A stretch of 64,000 nucleotides of DNA from Eledone cirrhosa (Eukaryota), in the NCBI GenBank assembly GCA_964016885.1, contig OZ024742.1:26660001-26724000 (forward strand), written 5' to 3'. The position numbers and the translations under genes are program-made. A model generated the notes under the pieces. The model was not told the DNA's origin. It saw only the letters and a list, made by a program, of their open reading frames with translations, and searched no databases. Below, one piece after another: positions 1-13,684 of this stretch; position 1 is the stretch's first letter, and each line of letters opens with the position of its first letter.

Positions 1-142
1 TATAATGGATAACATCTATGATATCGGTTGGTTTTGCTTGGGGATCAAATCAATTGGTGATGGTTGCGCCTGACAGGAGCCGCTGTAAGGCTTACTTGAG
101 GACTATGGCACCACGGCACTTCCAAGAAGAAAGGGAGAAGAA

Positions 143-880
143 GAATTCTTAATTGTTCACTAGGGCCGAAACACAAAGAACAACGCAGTTGAACAGGTAT
201 AGTAGGAATTTACATTTAATCAAACGTATGGGGAAAATAATAAAAAAAGCAGTTATCAATTTAATATAACAAATTAACACAAACAAAATTCCCCAACAGG
301 GGCAGTAGAACTACCCAGGTGTAATTTACGAACCCATTAGTTTCGAAACCACTCTGCTCACCAAGCGCACCATAGGAAGTTACCTCTCTACTCTCCAGCC
401 CACAGACGCATGGTCTGAGTATCCTTATTCACTCGGCCAATGCTTGCTCTATTAACACATCTTAACAAATCACCTAGGAGGCAGCCCTTCTCTCACCACC
501 CCTGCCTCCTTTCGAAATAGAACTGGAAAAATTCGATGAGAGCCTGGCGGAAATAAGACCGGTCTGTCACCAGTCTTTTCACTACGGTCACCAGAAAGAT
601 GAAACTGCTTGGCCTTCACGGCCAAAATAAGGTTGTGCGCTGATCTTCACGATGGATTCGCCCGATAACCGAATCCTTCATACACGCGATAATAGATGAT
701 CAACATTTCTCCACAAGTCAGTAATGCTCGGATACTGTACAGGTGCATCCAGACTAGTTTCGTCGCTCTGCTCGCATATAAGACATGCCTGTCTTACAGC
801 ACTTTCGTCCCTCTAGAGTTTGTCTCAACGGCACTGACAGGCGAAGAAATTCTAGAAATGTTTCGTAGTCCTAGGAAAAA
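143..880 (-). mobile_element. Degenerate 3' end of an L1/Tx1-like LINE (C-terminal Cys/His region and 3' UTR)
   Basis: Minus-strand translation across frameshifts gives ..RQACLICEQSDETSLDAPVQYPSITDLW..RLSGESIVKI.., resembling the CxxC..ET..H..C zinc knuckle at the end of L1/Tx1 ORF2. Confidence 0.65.
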
Positions 881-2254
881 ATGTTCTACGGAATGATAAT
901 AATAATTTCAATCTAGTATAAATTTATATCCATGTGTCCAATTCCCACATGTTTTAACGACAGTCACGCTACTTTAGGAATATGAAATTCCATAACCTCA
1001 ATTTCTGTTTCACTTATGAAAAAGTCTGTGCTTTCTACCTAATAAAGGATCAATGTTTTGTAATCATAAGCCTGTCTATATTGTGTTAAGTCGATGTCCT
1101 TTGTTCCTTTCACCCGTTTTTATAACATGGAATTAAAGGTTTAATAAAGATTTTTGCACTAATGCAGTTTATTATATATCACTGGGAAATACTTTTCACA
1201 ATATATAATATATAGTAGTGCGATAGTTCTTTTGAAAAATTTGTTTCAATTGTACATACATTCTATGCTTATAATGTTCCGTTATGGTTTCGTTCTTTTC
1301 AATAATACATTCGACATTAAAACCTGTACTTTTCAGAATATCTGGTGTCTCTGGAGTAGATAAAACACGCTTGCGATTACCAAAGTCAAGAGATAATCAA
1401 TGCGAGAGAAAGAGAGAAAGCAATAGCCAATGTAGTCTACAAAGAAGACAAAGAAAGCAATGAAATAAAAGTTGTTTAATATAAATGCTGTAGCTAAAGG
1501 TGAGGAGGTGAGATAGGAGAGTAGTAATATAGGAGAAAGGCTGCGAGAAGATGGCGCTCAGATATGAACTTAATGAAGCGGTTTATTAGAAGTTCAAATA
1601 CAAGCTTGCTTTAGAGCGGTGATTAAAGTATAAAACGGTTGTTTAACAAGAGAACATCAATTACGTGAATACCAACCATTTATCAACAGTACAAAGGTTT
1701 ATGGACATAGCAACACATTGCAGAGGTGAATGAGAAAGCTTATCGATTGCAAAGAAAAACACACGCTATGTAACAAAATACGAATTATTTCATGTTACAT
1801 ACCAGTATGTATCATGGTACTGCATGTTTTATACAACTGAATCAAGATATTCAAGGATAAACACTTTAAATGAAATTCTTTTTTTTTCTTCTATTCTTAC
1901 GGTTCGTGTAATCTCACCAGTATTGCATGGTATCCATGACAAAGCTGAAGCATATCTATCAGCAGCCCAGTACACTAGACTAGAAATAAATACGCCGTAA
2001 TTTGGAAAATTTGTTAGAACGTCCGAAGTAACGTCTTGTAGAATCTATTCCGACCCCATACGTTCTGATTTCAAGTACATCAGATGCGAATTTTACCATT
2101 CATCCTTCAGAGTTACATACAATAATAATAGTACACCCCCCACCCCACCCCACCCCGCCACCCGGCAATGTAATGGTGTAAACCGTATAATAAGGCATAC
2201 CTCTCCAGGTTTAAATACGGTAGATATCCTCCCGAGAAGAATAGAGAATGGAAG

Positions 2255-2440
2255 AATGGATGTGAAAAAGAGATATAGAAGAAGGACCGGTCCTAGTACT
2301 TGAGTGGTACTTTTTTATCGACCTCGAATGGGTGAAAGTCAAAGTTGGACTCAGCGAGCAGAGACCCGGAATGAATACGGAAAAGCATTCTATCAACATT
2401 CTAATGTCTACCAATTCGCCACCTACTTCAGCCGATCTAG
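2255..2440 (-). mobile_element. Diverged tRNA-derived SINE (family A)
   Basis: Matches the local SINE consensus ggtactt..atcgacc..gaaagtcaaagttg..ctaccaattcgccacct. Confidence 0.6.
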
Positions 2441-2554
2441 ACTTATACTATAAGCAACCCGAGTCAAATATTACGAAATTGTGTGTTCACTTCTTCGGCG
2501 AACCTCACTACTGTCAGTATTCAGTCCAATAATCTCCAATGTCTGTGACTCTGG

Positions 2555-2625
<71 letters not shown>

Positions 2626-2628
<3 letters not shown>

Positions 2629-3060
2629 TTTTTTCCGTTGTGTTGTAATATAAATATTACACACAGTATAATATATTCTATAAAATATATATATATATAC
2701 AGTTTTTTCCGTTGTGTTGTAATATAAATATTACACACAGTATAATATATTCTATAAAAAATGTCAAAACAACAGATGGGAATCTAATTAATCACTGCCA
2801 CCAAGAATTCTCACTGCTATCGAAAAACCACTCCTTCAACTATTCTTCTAACAACTTCACCCCTTCCTCCTAATATTCTCTATAAAAACTAAATAGGTCC
2901 TCAGTAATATTATTCTGATGAAATGACAGTAAACAATAACATTGAAATATTGAATGTCTGCATAACTAAAAGTTTGTAGATAGCTGTTTTAGGTTATGTA
3001 ACTGTTATAGAAACACGTGTCAATAAATTCCTTTCAACTAAACTGTATCCATTCAAATCT

Positions 3061-3065
<5 letters not shown>
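2626..3065 (+). mobile_element. Solo 3' UTR/pseudo-LTR of a Penelope-like element between (TA)n tracts
   Basis: 2745-3065 is the reverse complement of 31895-32225, the 3' UTR of the PLE fragment at 31893-32947. It has a ~60 bp direct duplication at its 5' side (2626/2700) and carries an HHR. Confidence 0.75.
2910..3026 (+). ncRNA. Type I hammerhead ribozyme with large branched stem II insertion
   Basis: ttatt-CTGATGA-a atgacagt..(~70 nt)..actgttat a-GAAA-cacgtg-TC-aataa; palindromic stem III and GTC cleavage triplet. Confidence 0.75.
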
Positions 3066-3096
<31 letters not shown>

Positions 3097-3098
<2 letters not shown>

Positions 3099-3280
3099 GG
3101 AGTTGTGGTAAGGAACCAGATGGACCATAACGCACCAGAGTACTCAATACTTAGGGTAGTAGAGTGGGTAATAGTACAATGTATGACTCCGACGGCAGAG
3201 CTCAAGCCGTTTCGACGGCTATTTCCAGAAATAGCCGTCGAAACAGCTTGAGCTCTGTCGTTGGGGTCATACATTTTCCT
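3097..3280 (-). mobile_element. Short fold-back element family F1, copy 1 (3' half of an HHR)
   Basis: Homologous to 7920-8118 and 16020-16217. Hairpin ~3177-3275 centred on gacggctatt..aatagccgtc, followed by GAAA cggc-ttgagctct-gccg TC; (TA)n on both sides. Confidence 0.75.
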
Positions 3281-4014
3281 ATATATATATATATGCATAT
3301 AAATATCTATTCGTTTTTGAGAAAATCATTGGTTTTATATACATATATATATATGTGTTTGTGTGTGTGTGTGTGTGTGCGTCCGTGTGTCTGTGTGCAT
3401 ATCCATTCATATTTTTGTGAATGATTGCTTATATATATATATATAATTTTAGTATATATCACTAACATGGTGATGGCATATATAACCTTGAACACACATC
3501 TATACCTCAATCACGTCAGTTCGAAAAGATGCACTTTTTGCATATTTTTTTATCAAACTTCAGGCCTAACCACCAAACGTTGACAAGTTATCGCAATAGT
3601 CTATAAGAAAAAAAAACGCAAAATCACATAAGTAGCTCCTCATTTCAATTTTTTTTTTCGTGATTTTGTTCACTCAAGAGATCTTTTACGATGATATATA
3701 GTATGAACTGTACATGTCACCATATTTTGGTAGATCTGAAATGAGCAGTCAATAAACACACACATACTGTCAGAAAAAGAGGTACACATGCATAAATTAA
3801 CATGCGGACACGCTGATGTGTCCGTATATATGCAAACCAATCCACATCCATATATTTCCAAGCAGTTCTTTATATATGTATTTGTAGCTCTATCTAATAC
3901 ATAGGGAGTGTTCAATATACTAAAGTAAAGTAAATATTATAGTATAGCATTGTGAATTACATGAGGAAATAACTTGCGAATGAAACAGTTGTAGCCCTGT
4001 AGAAGTCATTTCTT

Positions 4015-4050
<36 letters not shown>

Positions 4051-4096
4051 AAAAAAGATGAAATCGAATATGCAACTGGAGTCTTTTTTTTAAATA

Positions 4097-4211
4097 TTTA
4101 TTTGGTTCCTTTACCGGTTTCGCAGTTCTTTTGCTTTTCAAAAGTAGAACTGAGATGGAGGTTTTGTGGTTTTTCTCGCATCGATGCGAGAAAAACCACA
4201 AACCCTCCATC
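4097..4211 (-). mobile_element. Half-HHR plus adjacent palindrome
   Basis: Minus strand reads cagttct..agaactg-c-GAAA-ccgg-TA-aaggaacc-AAATAAA with no CTGANGA. A near-perfect palindrome at 4154-4211 is centred on gcatcgatgc. Confidence 0.55.
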
Positions 4212-4399
4212 ACACACACACACACATATATATATATAGATATATTATTATTATTTATTACTGCAACAAGTGGATCGTTTATGTTGCCTACATTATTTCG
4301 CTGCTGTTTTAAATATTTATCTACTAATATTCTTTCCTAACCTTTAGTTTCGCTTGTAGTCGTACTATGAATAATTCATTCATAGTTAATTATTTTTAT

Positions 4400-6400
4400 A
4401 TTTTATATTTAGTTTGTATATAAGAGCTCATTAGTACAATAATTTATCTTCTTATTAACATGTCTTTCTAACACTCATCGCACATAACTTCCTCTACGAA
4501 ATATGGATACTTTCTGCAGCAAGGTTGCGACATTTTATCATCTACATTTTCATCAAGCTTAAGGTATTTCATATATAAAATATGGTTATATATTTCCTGT
4601 AGTATTACAACCTGGGTCCTGTCTGGATTAATATGTTGTAGAAAAAGGGCTGCAGAAAGGGATTCTCCTTGAAATATTACTCTTCTATGAAAAAAAAAAA
4701 AATAGACCGTATAACGTTTCATAAATTCCACTTTTGTTTTATCTTACACATTTCTTGTTATTTGCTTATGAAATATTTCATGGAAATTATTATTATTGAT
4801 GCTACTTTAAACATAGTCATATCTTTCCAGAACCCATGTGGGAAGAAAATATCAACATGCTTCAAGTAATCTGCCATTTGCAGTTCTTTCCTTTCTTTAT
4901 TTTCAATGTTTAGTTAGAACATTCTTGATCAGCAATTGACTTCTGTCAAATTTACATTTCATCCTTTTGAGCTCGATATGAAATACACCACCCACCACTG
5001 GAGCTAGCTTACTTCCCAGTCTTCCTCCCCCCCTCTCTCTCTATCTCTCTCTTCCCTCACTCTCTCTCTTCTCACTCTCTCTCTCCTCTCTCACTCTTTC
5101 TATCTCTCACACACATACTCTTTCTCTTTACCCTTGGTTTGAAGAAAACTGTGTTCAAACATGAGATGGATTATTTCCGCGTGACATATATATCCAAGTT
5201 ACGGCATATATCACAAAGGCGCCACTACGACTCAATCAGAAGGTATGAACTAAATAGAGAAGGAAAATAATAATGTTTACAGTTTTATCAGCTTATTCAG
5301 CAGCACGTCTGTTGAGAACTTGAGTTGCTTTATCCCGGATATATCTTTATTCTGTGTTGTTATGTCTTTGAACGTCACAATAAAGGTAGATTAATGTGTA
5401 TAGAGTTTTCTGTTTCCTGTAGTCCAGAAGAATAAGATGTTCTCTTCAATGAGTGAGTTATGTGTTTTTCCTGCTCAGTCAGTATCGTAACATATAACTC
5501 TGCTGGCGATTTACCTATCTTTCTTAAATGTTATAACTAGAAATGTTTGATCTCACCATGTTATGTCACCTTCCATTTATTTTCTTCTATTCTTTTGAGG
5601 CGTTTAGGCTCTACATTAAACCTCTCACACTTGTTAAGTAGTTGCATTGCCTGTTCCTGGTTAACACCACACTCAGTATGTCCCCCTTCTACTGATCTTA
5701 CAGTTAGTGTTGCATTAATATTTCCTATATGTTTTAGTTCTTGATGAAATTATTTTGGAGTGGTATCGTACATTTGCAGAGGAGCGGCGTCGTTCTTTGC
5801 AGAAGAACTACTGTCTTATCACATTAATGGATTCTTTCTTCGTTAACGAACACATCCTGTTTCAGGTGTACTTGGTGTGGAGTATTGTATTTTCTTATGT
5901 TTATATTTCTGTGGTATTTGGTCATCATTCTGCTTTAGATATATCAATTCAAACTTGGCTTCATTAACGTCTTCTAGAATATGTCATTATTTTTAAATGT
6001 ATTTCTCTGTATTCTATGTTAATTTCTTTTATTGTGTACCAGAATTCTGATATTTCTGTCTATATAAATCTGAGGGAGTATAAATATACCTTTAGATCCA
6101 TTTTACACATTCATGTTTTCCGCCTAACCTGACAACATTAATGTTTATCTCTGGTTTAGATAAGCTGCGATGACTAGGTATCCATTTTGTTTTAATTATT
6201 GCTATTTTATCTTTTTGTACTGTCGTTGCTTTATATTATAATCCTGCCATTTCAAAATATTTCTGACTATTTAGGCTGTCATTCCTAATTTGCCGTTTTA
6301 GAATTGTATTCTAAAGCTTTTCTCATTTTCTCCTTTATATGTTTTGATCTGGTTAAAGGTTAGGCGTTTAACTCGGTAGGAGTTATGTGGTTTAATTTTC
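4400..6400 (-). mobile_element. Highly degenerate R4/Dong-like non-LTR retrotransposon RT region
   Basis: ORF 4468-4731 RRVIFQGESLSAALF..NHILYMKYLKL resembles RRGIFQGDSLSPLLF..NHLLYMDDLKL. Upstream QLLIKN..LQMADYLKHVD..PH resembles QLLIN..WIDYKKAFDSVPH. The extent beyond ~4940 is less certain. Confidence 0.6.
4935..5015 (+). mobile_element. SINE family A fragment
   Basis: tttcatccttttgagctcgat..aaatac resembles ctttcatcct..gtcgataaaataaagtacc. Confidence 0.4.
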
Positions 6401-6429
6401 TTGTCGTTTCATATATAAATACACACATA

Positions 6430-6622
6430 TACGAGAGGATGTCGAAAGTTCCTGACTTGATCAATGCACAGAGACCTTTTTACAGTGCTTAGAAAATCTG
6501 AAGTACCGCTTCAATAAGTGTGTGAATTTGAGAGGGGATTATGTTGAATAAAATGATCATGAACTGATCCTGCTGTGTTTTCTTTTACCAACAAGTCAGT
6601 AAGTTTTCAGCACCTCCTCTTA
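6430..6622 (+). mobile_element. Mariner-derived MITE / internally deleted mariner
   Basis: TA-flanked imperfect TIRs (tacgagaggatgtcgaaagttcctgac / gtcagtaagttttcagcacctcctctta). The interior encodes ..KYRFNKCVNLRGDYVE*, the conserved mariner transposase C-terminus. Confidence 0.75.
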
Positions 6623-7919
6623 TATAGTAGAAACGTATAGGTATTTATTATAAACACTCTTTCCTCATACTGATGTTATCGATTTTGCAACGATGAGAGC
6701 TAAGCCAGAAACTGATGAGAAACAATGTATATTCACGTGGCTGAAAATAAAATACGAATATGTCTCCAGAAACTAAGTACAAAAGGAAAATATATTTATA
6801 GTGTGATAACAAAGTTATTGATACAATAACAGAATAATATCAAAATTAATAAGACATTTATTGTGTGATACTAAATTTTAATAATCTAATTATAGTATAA
6901 TACCAACATTAATAATACATTATTTTTGCAATTCTGAAATACGATATAATCATTCGATAGAGGTTCATTTTATTTTATCTTTTCTCTAAAACTTGGAAAT
7001 ACTCCAACCAATATTGAAGTCGAAACTGAGGGTAAATATCGAAGTGTTTTATCGAAACGTAGGAAATATGATTCAGATAAAGAACAGAACATATGAACTA
7101 AACAAAAGAATGAGAAATGATTGTAATATCTATTTTAATGACACGAGAAAATAAAATACTTTTTGAAAATATTAATAGATAAATATAATATTTAGCATGG
7201 TATAACAAACATAACAAACCCACCTTATCTTCAGTTTTATTTCACGTGTGGTGGAATAACAGAATAACACGTAGAATCCCTGTAATATACTTTGAAATCT
7301 GTGTAATTTTGGTCAGAAAATGGCGAAGAGAAAACAAATTTTATTATTACAGAATTCTCTGAGAATTGAAGTTCTTTCCTATTGGGAAACTGCATTAGTT
7401 TATTGGGAACTTATATTACTTTGTAAATAAATAAGTGTAACCTTTTATCAATTGATATATCATAAATATGTTTCTATATTCATGATTTGTTAGCTGACAG
7501 TCGAAGTATGTGTATATACGTACATCTGTGCAGTTCAACTCAGGCTCATAGGAAGGTCAGACAAGAACCCGCCCGCCATATCGACAGATACAATGAGGCC
7601 ATCCTATCAAGGTCAATGGGGAGAACATAAAACCGTTCGAGAAACTGTATGAAACGATCCACCTTTCCAGAGCGTTCTTTGGGGACAGTACCACTCACAG
7701 AAATACAAGGAAGACCCCTGTTGACTTCAGGTATGCCATGTCAGAGACTACACTACCACAGTAGTGTATACCTACATATCATTATCCAAAACCACATGCA
7801 CTCCCACCTACATCTGTATTCTGAGCTCCCCATCTTTGAAATGTTCGTAACTGTGCATAATCAATAAGGACATTAATGTGGAATCTCGTTTTGTTCTGAA
7901 TATATATATATATATATAT

Positions 7920-8118
7920 AACGAAGGAAGTGTGGTAGGGAACCAGGTGGACAATAACGTACCAGGGTACTCGAGACTTTGGGTAGTAGAATGAGTAATA
8001 GGAAAATAGTCATGACCCTGACGGCAGAGCTCAAAACGTTTGCCGTTTCGAGAGCTATTTCTGGAATAGCTGTCGAAACGGCTTGAGCTCTGCCGTCGAG
8101 GTTCTGATTATTTTCCTA
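7920..8118 (-). mobile_element. Fold-back family F1, copy 2
   Basis: Homologous to 3097-3280; hairpin ~8000-8118; (TA)n flanks. Confidence 0.75.
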
Positions 8119-8247
8119 TATACATACATATATATATATATATATATATGATTATATGTATGTATATATATATATATATGATTATATGTATGTATATATA
8201 TATATATATATATATATGATTGTATGTATGTATATATATATATATAT

Positions 8248-8851
8248 GTCAGGTCACCAGTTGGTGCTACTGGTAACATGTATCCCAGTACAACCTGTCT
8301 CATGGTCGGGTCGTTGGCAACTAAACTGGCAACCCCACCAAGGTTTCTTGGTGAGGAGGGTGACTTTGGACATCCTGCAGGACTAAAAACAAAACCTGTC
8401 AAAGGGCAAAGGACCTCTTAAGAGTCAATGGCCATCCAAAATCACCGGGAGTGATGACCCCTTAGCCTTTGTCAAGGCAGAATTCTAGGAGAAGGAAAAC
8501 TCTGATATAACACCTGCAACCCTGATGGTATCCAATGATGTTGACTTGTTCTTCTTTTTGGTAAATATCACCTTGGTTAAGAGAGTAGGACTGGTTTTGT
8601 GCAGTGCCTTTGCTCACTATAAAAGCTTCACGGCACAGGCATTGCTTTATATCTGGAGATCTCTCTGCCCTTGTCGTCACATGGTACCATGGGCCCAGCA
8701 CTATGTGTCAATAATTGTCACAAGTGTAGTGTTTGTACCAGAGTTTTCAAGTTGCTGGCTAGACTAAAAAGTCACTCGTTCAGCGCATCGGTAGGGGTTC
8801 TCCTACATGGATATAAAGTAATGGCCGTACTCGAAAACGAGTTGGCAGCCA

Positions 8852-8853
<2 letters not shown>
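8248..8853 (+). mobile_element. Non-autonomous RTE-derived short element, copy 1
   Basis: Similar copies at 28400 and 29893. The 3' part retains a C2H2-like HKCSVCTRVFK(S)LAGLKSH typical of RTE ORF ends and ends at ..gagttggcagccacc(at)n; inserted in (TA)n. Confidence 0.75.
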
Positions 8854-8888
<35 letters not shown>

Positions 8889-8898
8889 TGTATGTATG

Positions 8899-8940
<42 letters not shown>

Positions 8941-9344
8941 TAGGAACGAAGTCAAGTTTGCACCATAAATAAACTTTATTTCATATGACAATTTTTTCGA
9001 TATCGATCATAATAATTGAGGCCCGACTCTGCATCGACATCTCACTAGATATGCGAGATCGAGTTCGTGGTCACGGCACATATTTGTGGAGAATTAAAGC
9101 CTGTAGCTAAAAATGTATACAAAGCCTGTGTTTGGTAGCCATGAAAAAATTCAAAATGTTAATTTGTGTATCAACGCAAATGACTATAATAAAATAATCG
9201 ATAACTATAAAAATAATCGATCACAATAAACAATAGTTTCGATTCCTCGTGGTGACTCCATCCACACTTTACGTCTCGGATTTTATCTATCTGAAACTTT
9301 ATGCGTGTTATCTGATGAGGCCTGATACGTATAAAAGAGCGAAT

Positions 9345-9505
9345 TCACTGGAGAATTACAGCGTTAGATAAAATATATTGCGGCATTTATTCCGGATCCT
9401 TGTTTTCCAAGTTCAAATCCTGCCGCAATCAATGTTGCCGTCAATCATTTCAGTGTCTGTAAATGGGCTGAAACCTCCGCCTTTAGATTGACGTAATCGA
9501 TAGAG
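9345..9505 (+). mobile_element. Diverged SINE family A
   Basis: B-box-like aagttcaaatcctgccg, followed by a diverged body. Confidence 0.5.
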
Positions 9506-10707
9506 TATCGAACAACATGCCCTGCGCTATTTATTCTGGTTATTTGTGTTTTGATTTCTAACATAACAATAGATTAGTTGGGTCTCATATTTAATTCGTC
9601 GCTATGGCTAACTCCACCACGTGGACCTTAGGTAACTTTAACGGAGTGTTCTCTGTTGAAAGCACTCGACGTCCAATTTGATGCCACGTGTCCCATTTCT
9701 CGCGACCTTTCTTAGTAGCCCTAGAATGCTCAATATGTACTAACCTTCAGCCTGACACAACTATAGATGAATAGGTTAAAAGCAAAATAAACTTCCTTGT
9801 CCGTGTAATTTAATGCAGTGTTTTGAATAAGAAAAAGAGAAAGTGTGAGAGGGACAGAGACAGACAGACTTAGACAGAGATACATATAATGTAAACAAAA
9901 GGCTTTGGTGATGTTGGTGAGCAAAAACAAAAGGCAAAATATTACAAAATCAAATCATAAGGGTATCATTTATGGCGGAAACAAAATATTTTATTCAAAA
10001 ATATCAACAATTAAACCTTTGATCTTTTTCCAAATTCTCATCTCTTGAAACTGTGTTATGTATGCGCTAATTTTATTTGTTATTTTCTTAAGAGGTGTCT
10101 AAGACACTTAATACTAATCTATCAGGAGAATAGAAGCGTCTTCTCGGTAATGGTAGCATTAATAATGGATGTATTGATATTAGCTGTCATATAAACTATA
10201 TTGATAATAATCATGCTGCTACTATAATTGCTAATGTTTGTCAAACTAAATGATGGTCTGCGACTGTCTAGATAATAAAGAACCACAACAATTATTAAAT
10301 TATATTGTTTAGTTACGTGCCACACGATTCCGTGTTCAGACTGTAACGGAATTGACTTTGTCATTCATTGCTCCGGGGTCATTCAAATGATTACCGGAAT
10401 ATCGAAGTCTACAGTCGACAGAAATATCGAAGAAAATGTCAATTCGTAATGGTTGTTGTTTTGCCTCAGGTCAACCCGAGTCAAGCAGACGTTTCGTAAA
10501 CGACTTTCATGTCGGGGTCGTGTATATCGGACGAGAACCGAGGCTTTAAGCGTGACTATAATTTTAAATATCAGAGACTATAGTATCGAAAGTTTTGTTC
10601 CAGTAACTATGCTTTCAGTTACGTTGGCTGCTATTTCTAGCAGAAAACATCTACACTGTGGGACAAAAGTGGAAAACTTCTCGTCCACTTATGAAGATCT
10701 AAACTCC

Positions 10708-10838
10708 ACATCGACCCCGTAAGGATGAAAGGCAAAGTTAACCTCGGCGGGATATGAAATCAGATCATAAAGGGGCGTAACTCTATGCTTCAAAGCATGG
10801 CGTCCGACTCTCTACCGATACTGCCAATCCACTGCCCT
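10708..10838 (-). mobile_element. SINE family A (partial)
   Basis: atcgaccccgtaaggatgaaaggcaaagttaacctcggcggg..ctaccgatactgccaatccactgccct. Confidence 0.8.
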
Positions 10839-12822
10839 TATATATATAATAACAATAATGAAAACTATTGTGTACAGTGATCAGATGCACTACAACTCAT
10901 TGAAGTTGCATGTATAGTACACAGAATAATGTACACATTTCAGATAAATGTGTGCGTATGACTAGAGGGAGTATATTATGTGTAGTATTGGTGAATTTAG
11001 GGAAGAATGGAAGTTTTGAAGGTTGCAGTGTGCCAACAATTAACAACTGATGCAAGTAGCTTGATCCATACTTCAGCAACTCTCAGCGTGAAAAAAAGTT
11101 CCCGAAAGTCATGGGAGCTGTGTTGTTTTCTGATTTTGTAAGCATGGCAACGAGTATTGAACGCATGACATTCAAAATGGTGCTCAAGTTTGTTGTTGGA
11201 TAATAATAATATTTCGGGTGTATATAAATCTTTTTATTCATGTATGTATATATCTATGTATGTTAATGGAAGTAAAAAACACCCACATTCCACCACCATA
11301 AATTATATTGAAGGGTCATTCCGCCTCGTAGTCCCGGCTGGTAGGATGTGTCATGCAACATCAGTCAAAAGTAGGATTACGTTGCGAACTGATCACGTAT
11401 TAGACGCATTCCAATTAATAAAAATGAAGAAGTAAAAGGACGCAAAATTCTTGATTGATTCGTAATGTGTCCTCATGATACACACCATGTAGGTTACATC
11501 AAGCCTGATGAAGGTCATCTCTCTCCTGATTGAACACAGCCAATTTCTTGCAGAAATAAAGTGGGGACCAATCTCGGTTCGGAATTCAGTGCACGATAAA
11601 CGCAAACAAATGCTGAAGCCTTTTTATACCGACATCCTAACAACTCTGACAATTGGCTGCCTTCATTTCGTTTACTACTAATTAGCATGTAGCATTTATC
11701 ATGTTATTTGCGGATTTGTTTTTTTGTTTTTTTCATTTTTAAAAAGTGTAAATCAATATTGTAAGTTTCATAAAGCTAACAACTCCTGCAGTGCGTAAGA
11801 TGAAAATAGTTGCCGGCAATAATGTATATACTTTCGGTGATAGATTGACACACCGTTATGTTTTACTGTGTGTTTATTGAATATGTAATAATTGTGTTTC
11901 TGATCTTATAAAGTGATGGTGGTGTTGAAGTGAAGTAACAAAGAGGAATTACTGAACGAATAGTGATGAATATATGCATAAAGAAGTCTGGTGGAGGTGA
12001 TGGACGAAGCAAAGGAGATATGTTGGCGGTATTGACGAGTAGGAGCGAGGAAAAATAACTGCGGGTGTGCTTTTGTGAGAAGGTCTGAAATCTGGAGTAG
12101 GTGATGGAAGAATAGCAGGGTTATTAAATGAAGGAACGAAATGGAATGACAGCAAGATTAGTGGTGAAAGAGAATAAAAAAATGTGTAGAAGAAAGACAA
12201 TGGGGGAAGAAGCTAATATGAGGGAGGGGTTTGGTAAAAAGTTTCAGTACCAGTGGCAATAGAGTAGAGTTGAACAGAAGAAAAAACAAATATGAAAGGA
12301 AGGGAAAACGAAGAAAGCAGATAAAAGATATGATTTATTTTTTTAACTATTTTCATATCTAATCGACTTAAACATCCCCTGGACCTATGATGAACATGTT
12401 GTTTAATGTTTATATGTAACTAAACAATTTCCATAATAATTTTGTTTAAGAAACGTACTCCAAAAAACCAGCTTAAACATACGAACATTCCTTGTATTAC
12501 TAAATCCCTCCAATATCATGATTATTTTTTTAATTTTTGAAAACTAGAGAGTATTTCATGAGAAATACGGTAACAAAAAAGTATAGATAAATGACAGGTA
12601 AGAAACGGGAAAGGTAAGAGTGAGTTTGTATGAGTGTGGGGTGAAGAGCTACGAAAGAAAAATGATTAGAATGTAACCTCGTGTCCCAAATAATAGGGAG
12701 GGGAAATACTATCTTCCAATATTTGTTGTCTTAATATAGAGATAACTAGTATTGTTACTTAATTCCATAAAGTGCAGTTGGAGATATTTTATGAGGAGAC
12801 ACTGACATATGTTGGTGATATT

Positions 12823-12869
<47 letters not shown>

Positions 12870-13213
12870 AGGAAAATGCGAAGTTAAAGATATTAGGTTC
12901 CATTATTAATTTAGTCTTGTATAACGAATATAAATATATATATATATAAACGGAAACAATGAAATGAAATTTCATTTCTCACTCTTAGTACGGTTGTTAC
13001 TTAAATATAAGTATGTATACGTACATACATATATGTATACAGACGTACAGTAGTATGTATATATACATACATGCACACATATATATATATGTAAGTATGG
13101 ATTTACCGAACATTAATTATAATGTTCGGTGTGTTTGTAAACAAATATCCCGAATTAAGTCGTACAGTGTTTAGCAACCACCGTTGCTCTTTTGTTCAAC
13201 ACTGACAAAGGAA

Positions 13214-13254
13214 CGCTGTTCTAGTTTCAAGCGTATTAGCTATCGTCAGCAACG
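13214..13254 (-). ncRNA. Type I hammerhead ribozyme (cleavage site mutated)
   Basis: Reverse complement: cgttg-CTGACGA-tagc taatac gctt-GAAA-ctag-AA-cagcg. Confidence 0.7.
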
Positions 13255-13420
13255 CATATTTTCCTGCCAGATGATTGAACGTCTGAAAGTATATACTTTC
13301 CTTATGCATATTAACCTCTGAGCAGCCTAATTTGCATATCGAGTGAGTTAATCGGCCGGGTGCACCGAAAACGATAATAAATGTTCGGTAAATCCATACG
13401 TACATATATATGTGTCCCTG

Positions 13421-13456
<36 letters not shown>

Positions 13457-13684
13457 TACTACTGTACGTCTGTATACATATATGTATGTACGTATACATA
13501 CTGATATTTAAGTAACAGCTGTACTAAGAGTGGGAAATGAAATTTCGTTTCATTTTTTCCGTTTATCGTTTTCGGTGAGCCCGGCCGATTAACTCACTCG
13601 ATATGCAAATTAGGCTGCTCAGCCGTTAACATGCATAAGGAAAGTATATACTTTCAGACGTTCAATCATCTGGCAGGAAGGTAT

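Noticed and set aside
900-1400. Possible minus-strand coding remnant
   Set aside because: Multiple stops and no identifiable family.
6705-6750. CTGATGA...GAAA
   Set aside because: Stems I-III do not pair; expected by chance in AT-rich DNA.
7530-7870. GC-richer island as a host exon
   Set aside because: No recognisable protein motif or convincing splice pair; may be a decayed repeat.
9300-9350. CTGATGA motif
   Set aside because: No convincing stem II/GAAA/stem I arrangement.
11500-11545. CTGATGA motif
   Set aside because: No GAAA or stem I partner.
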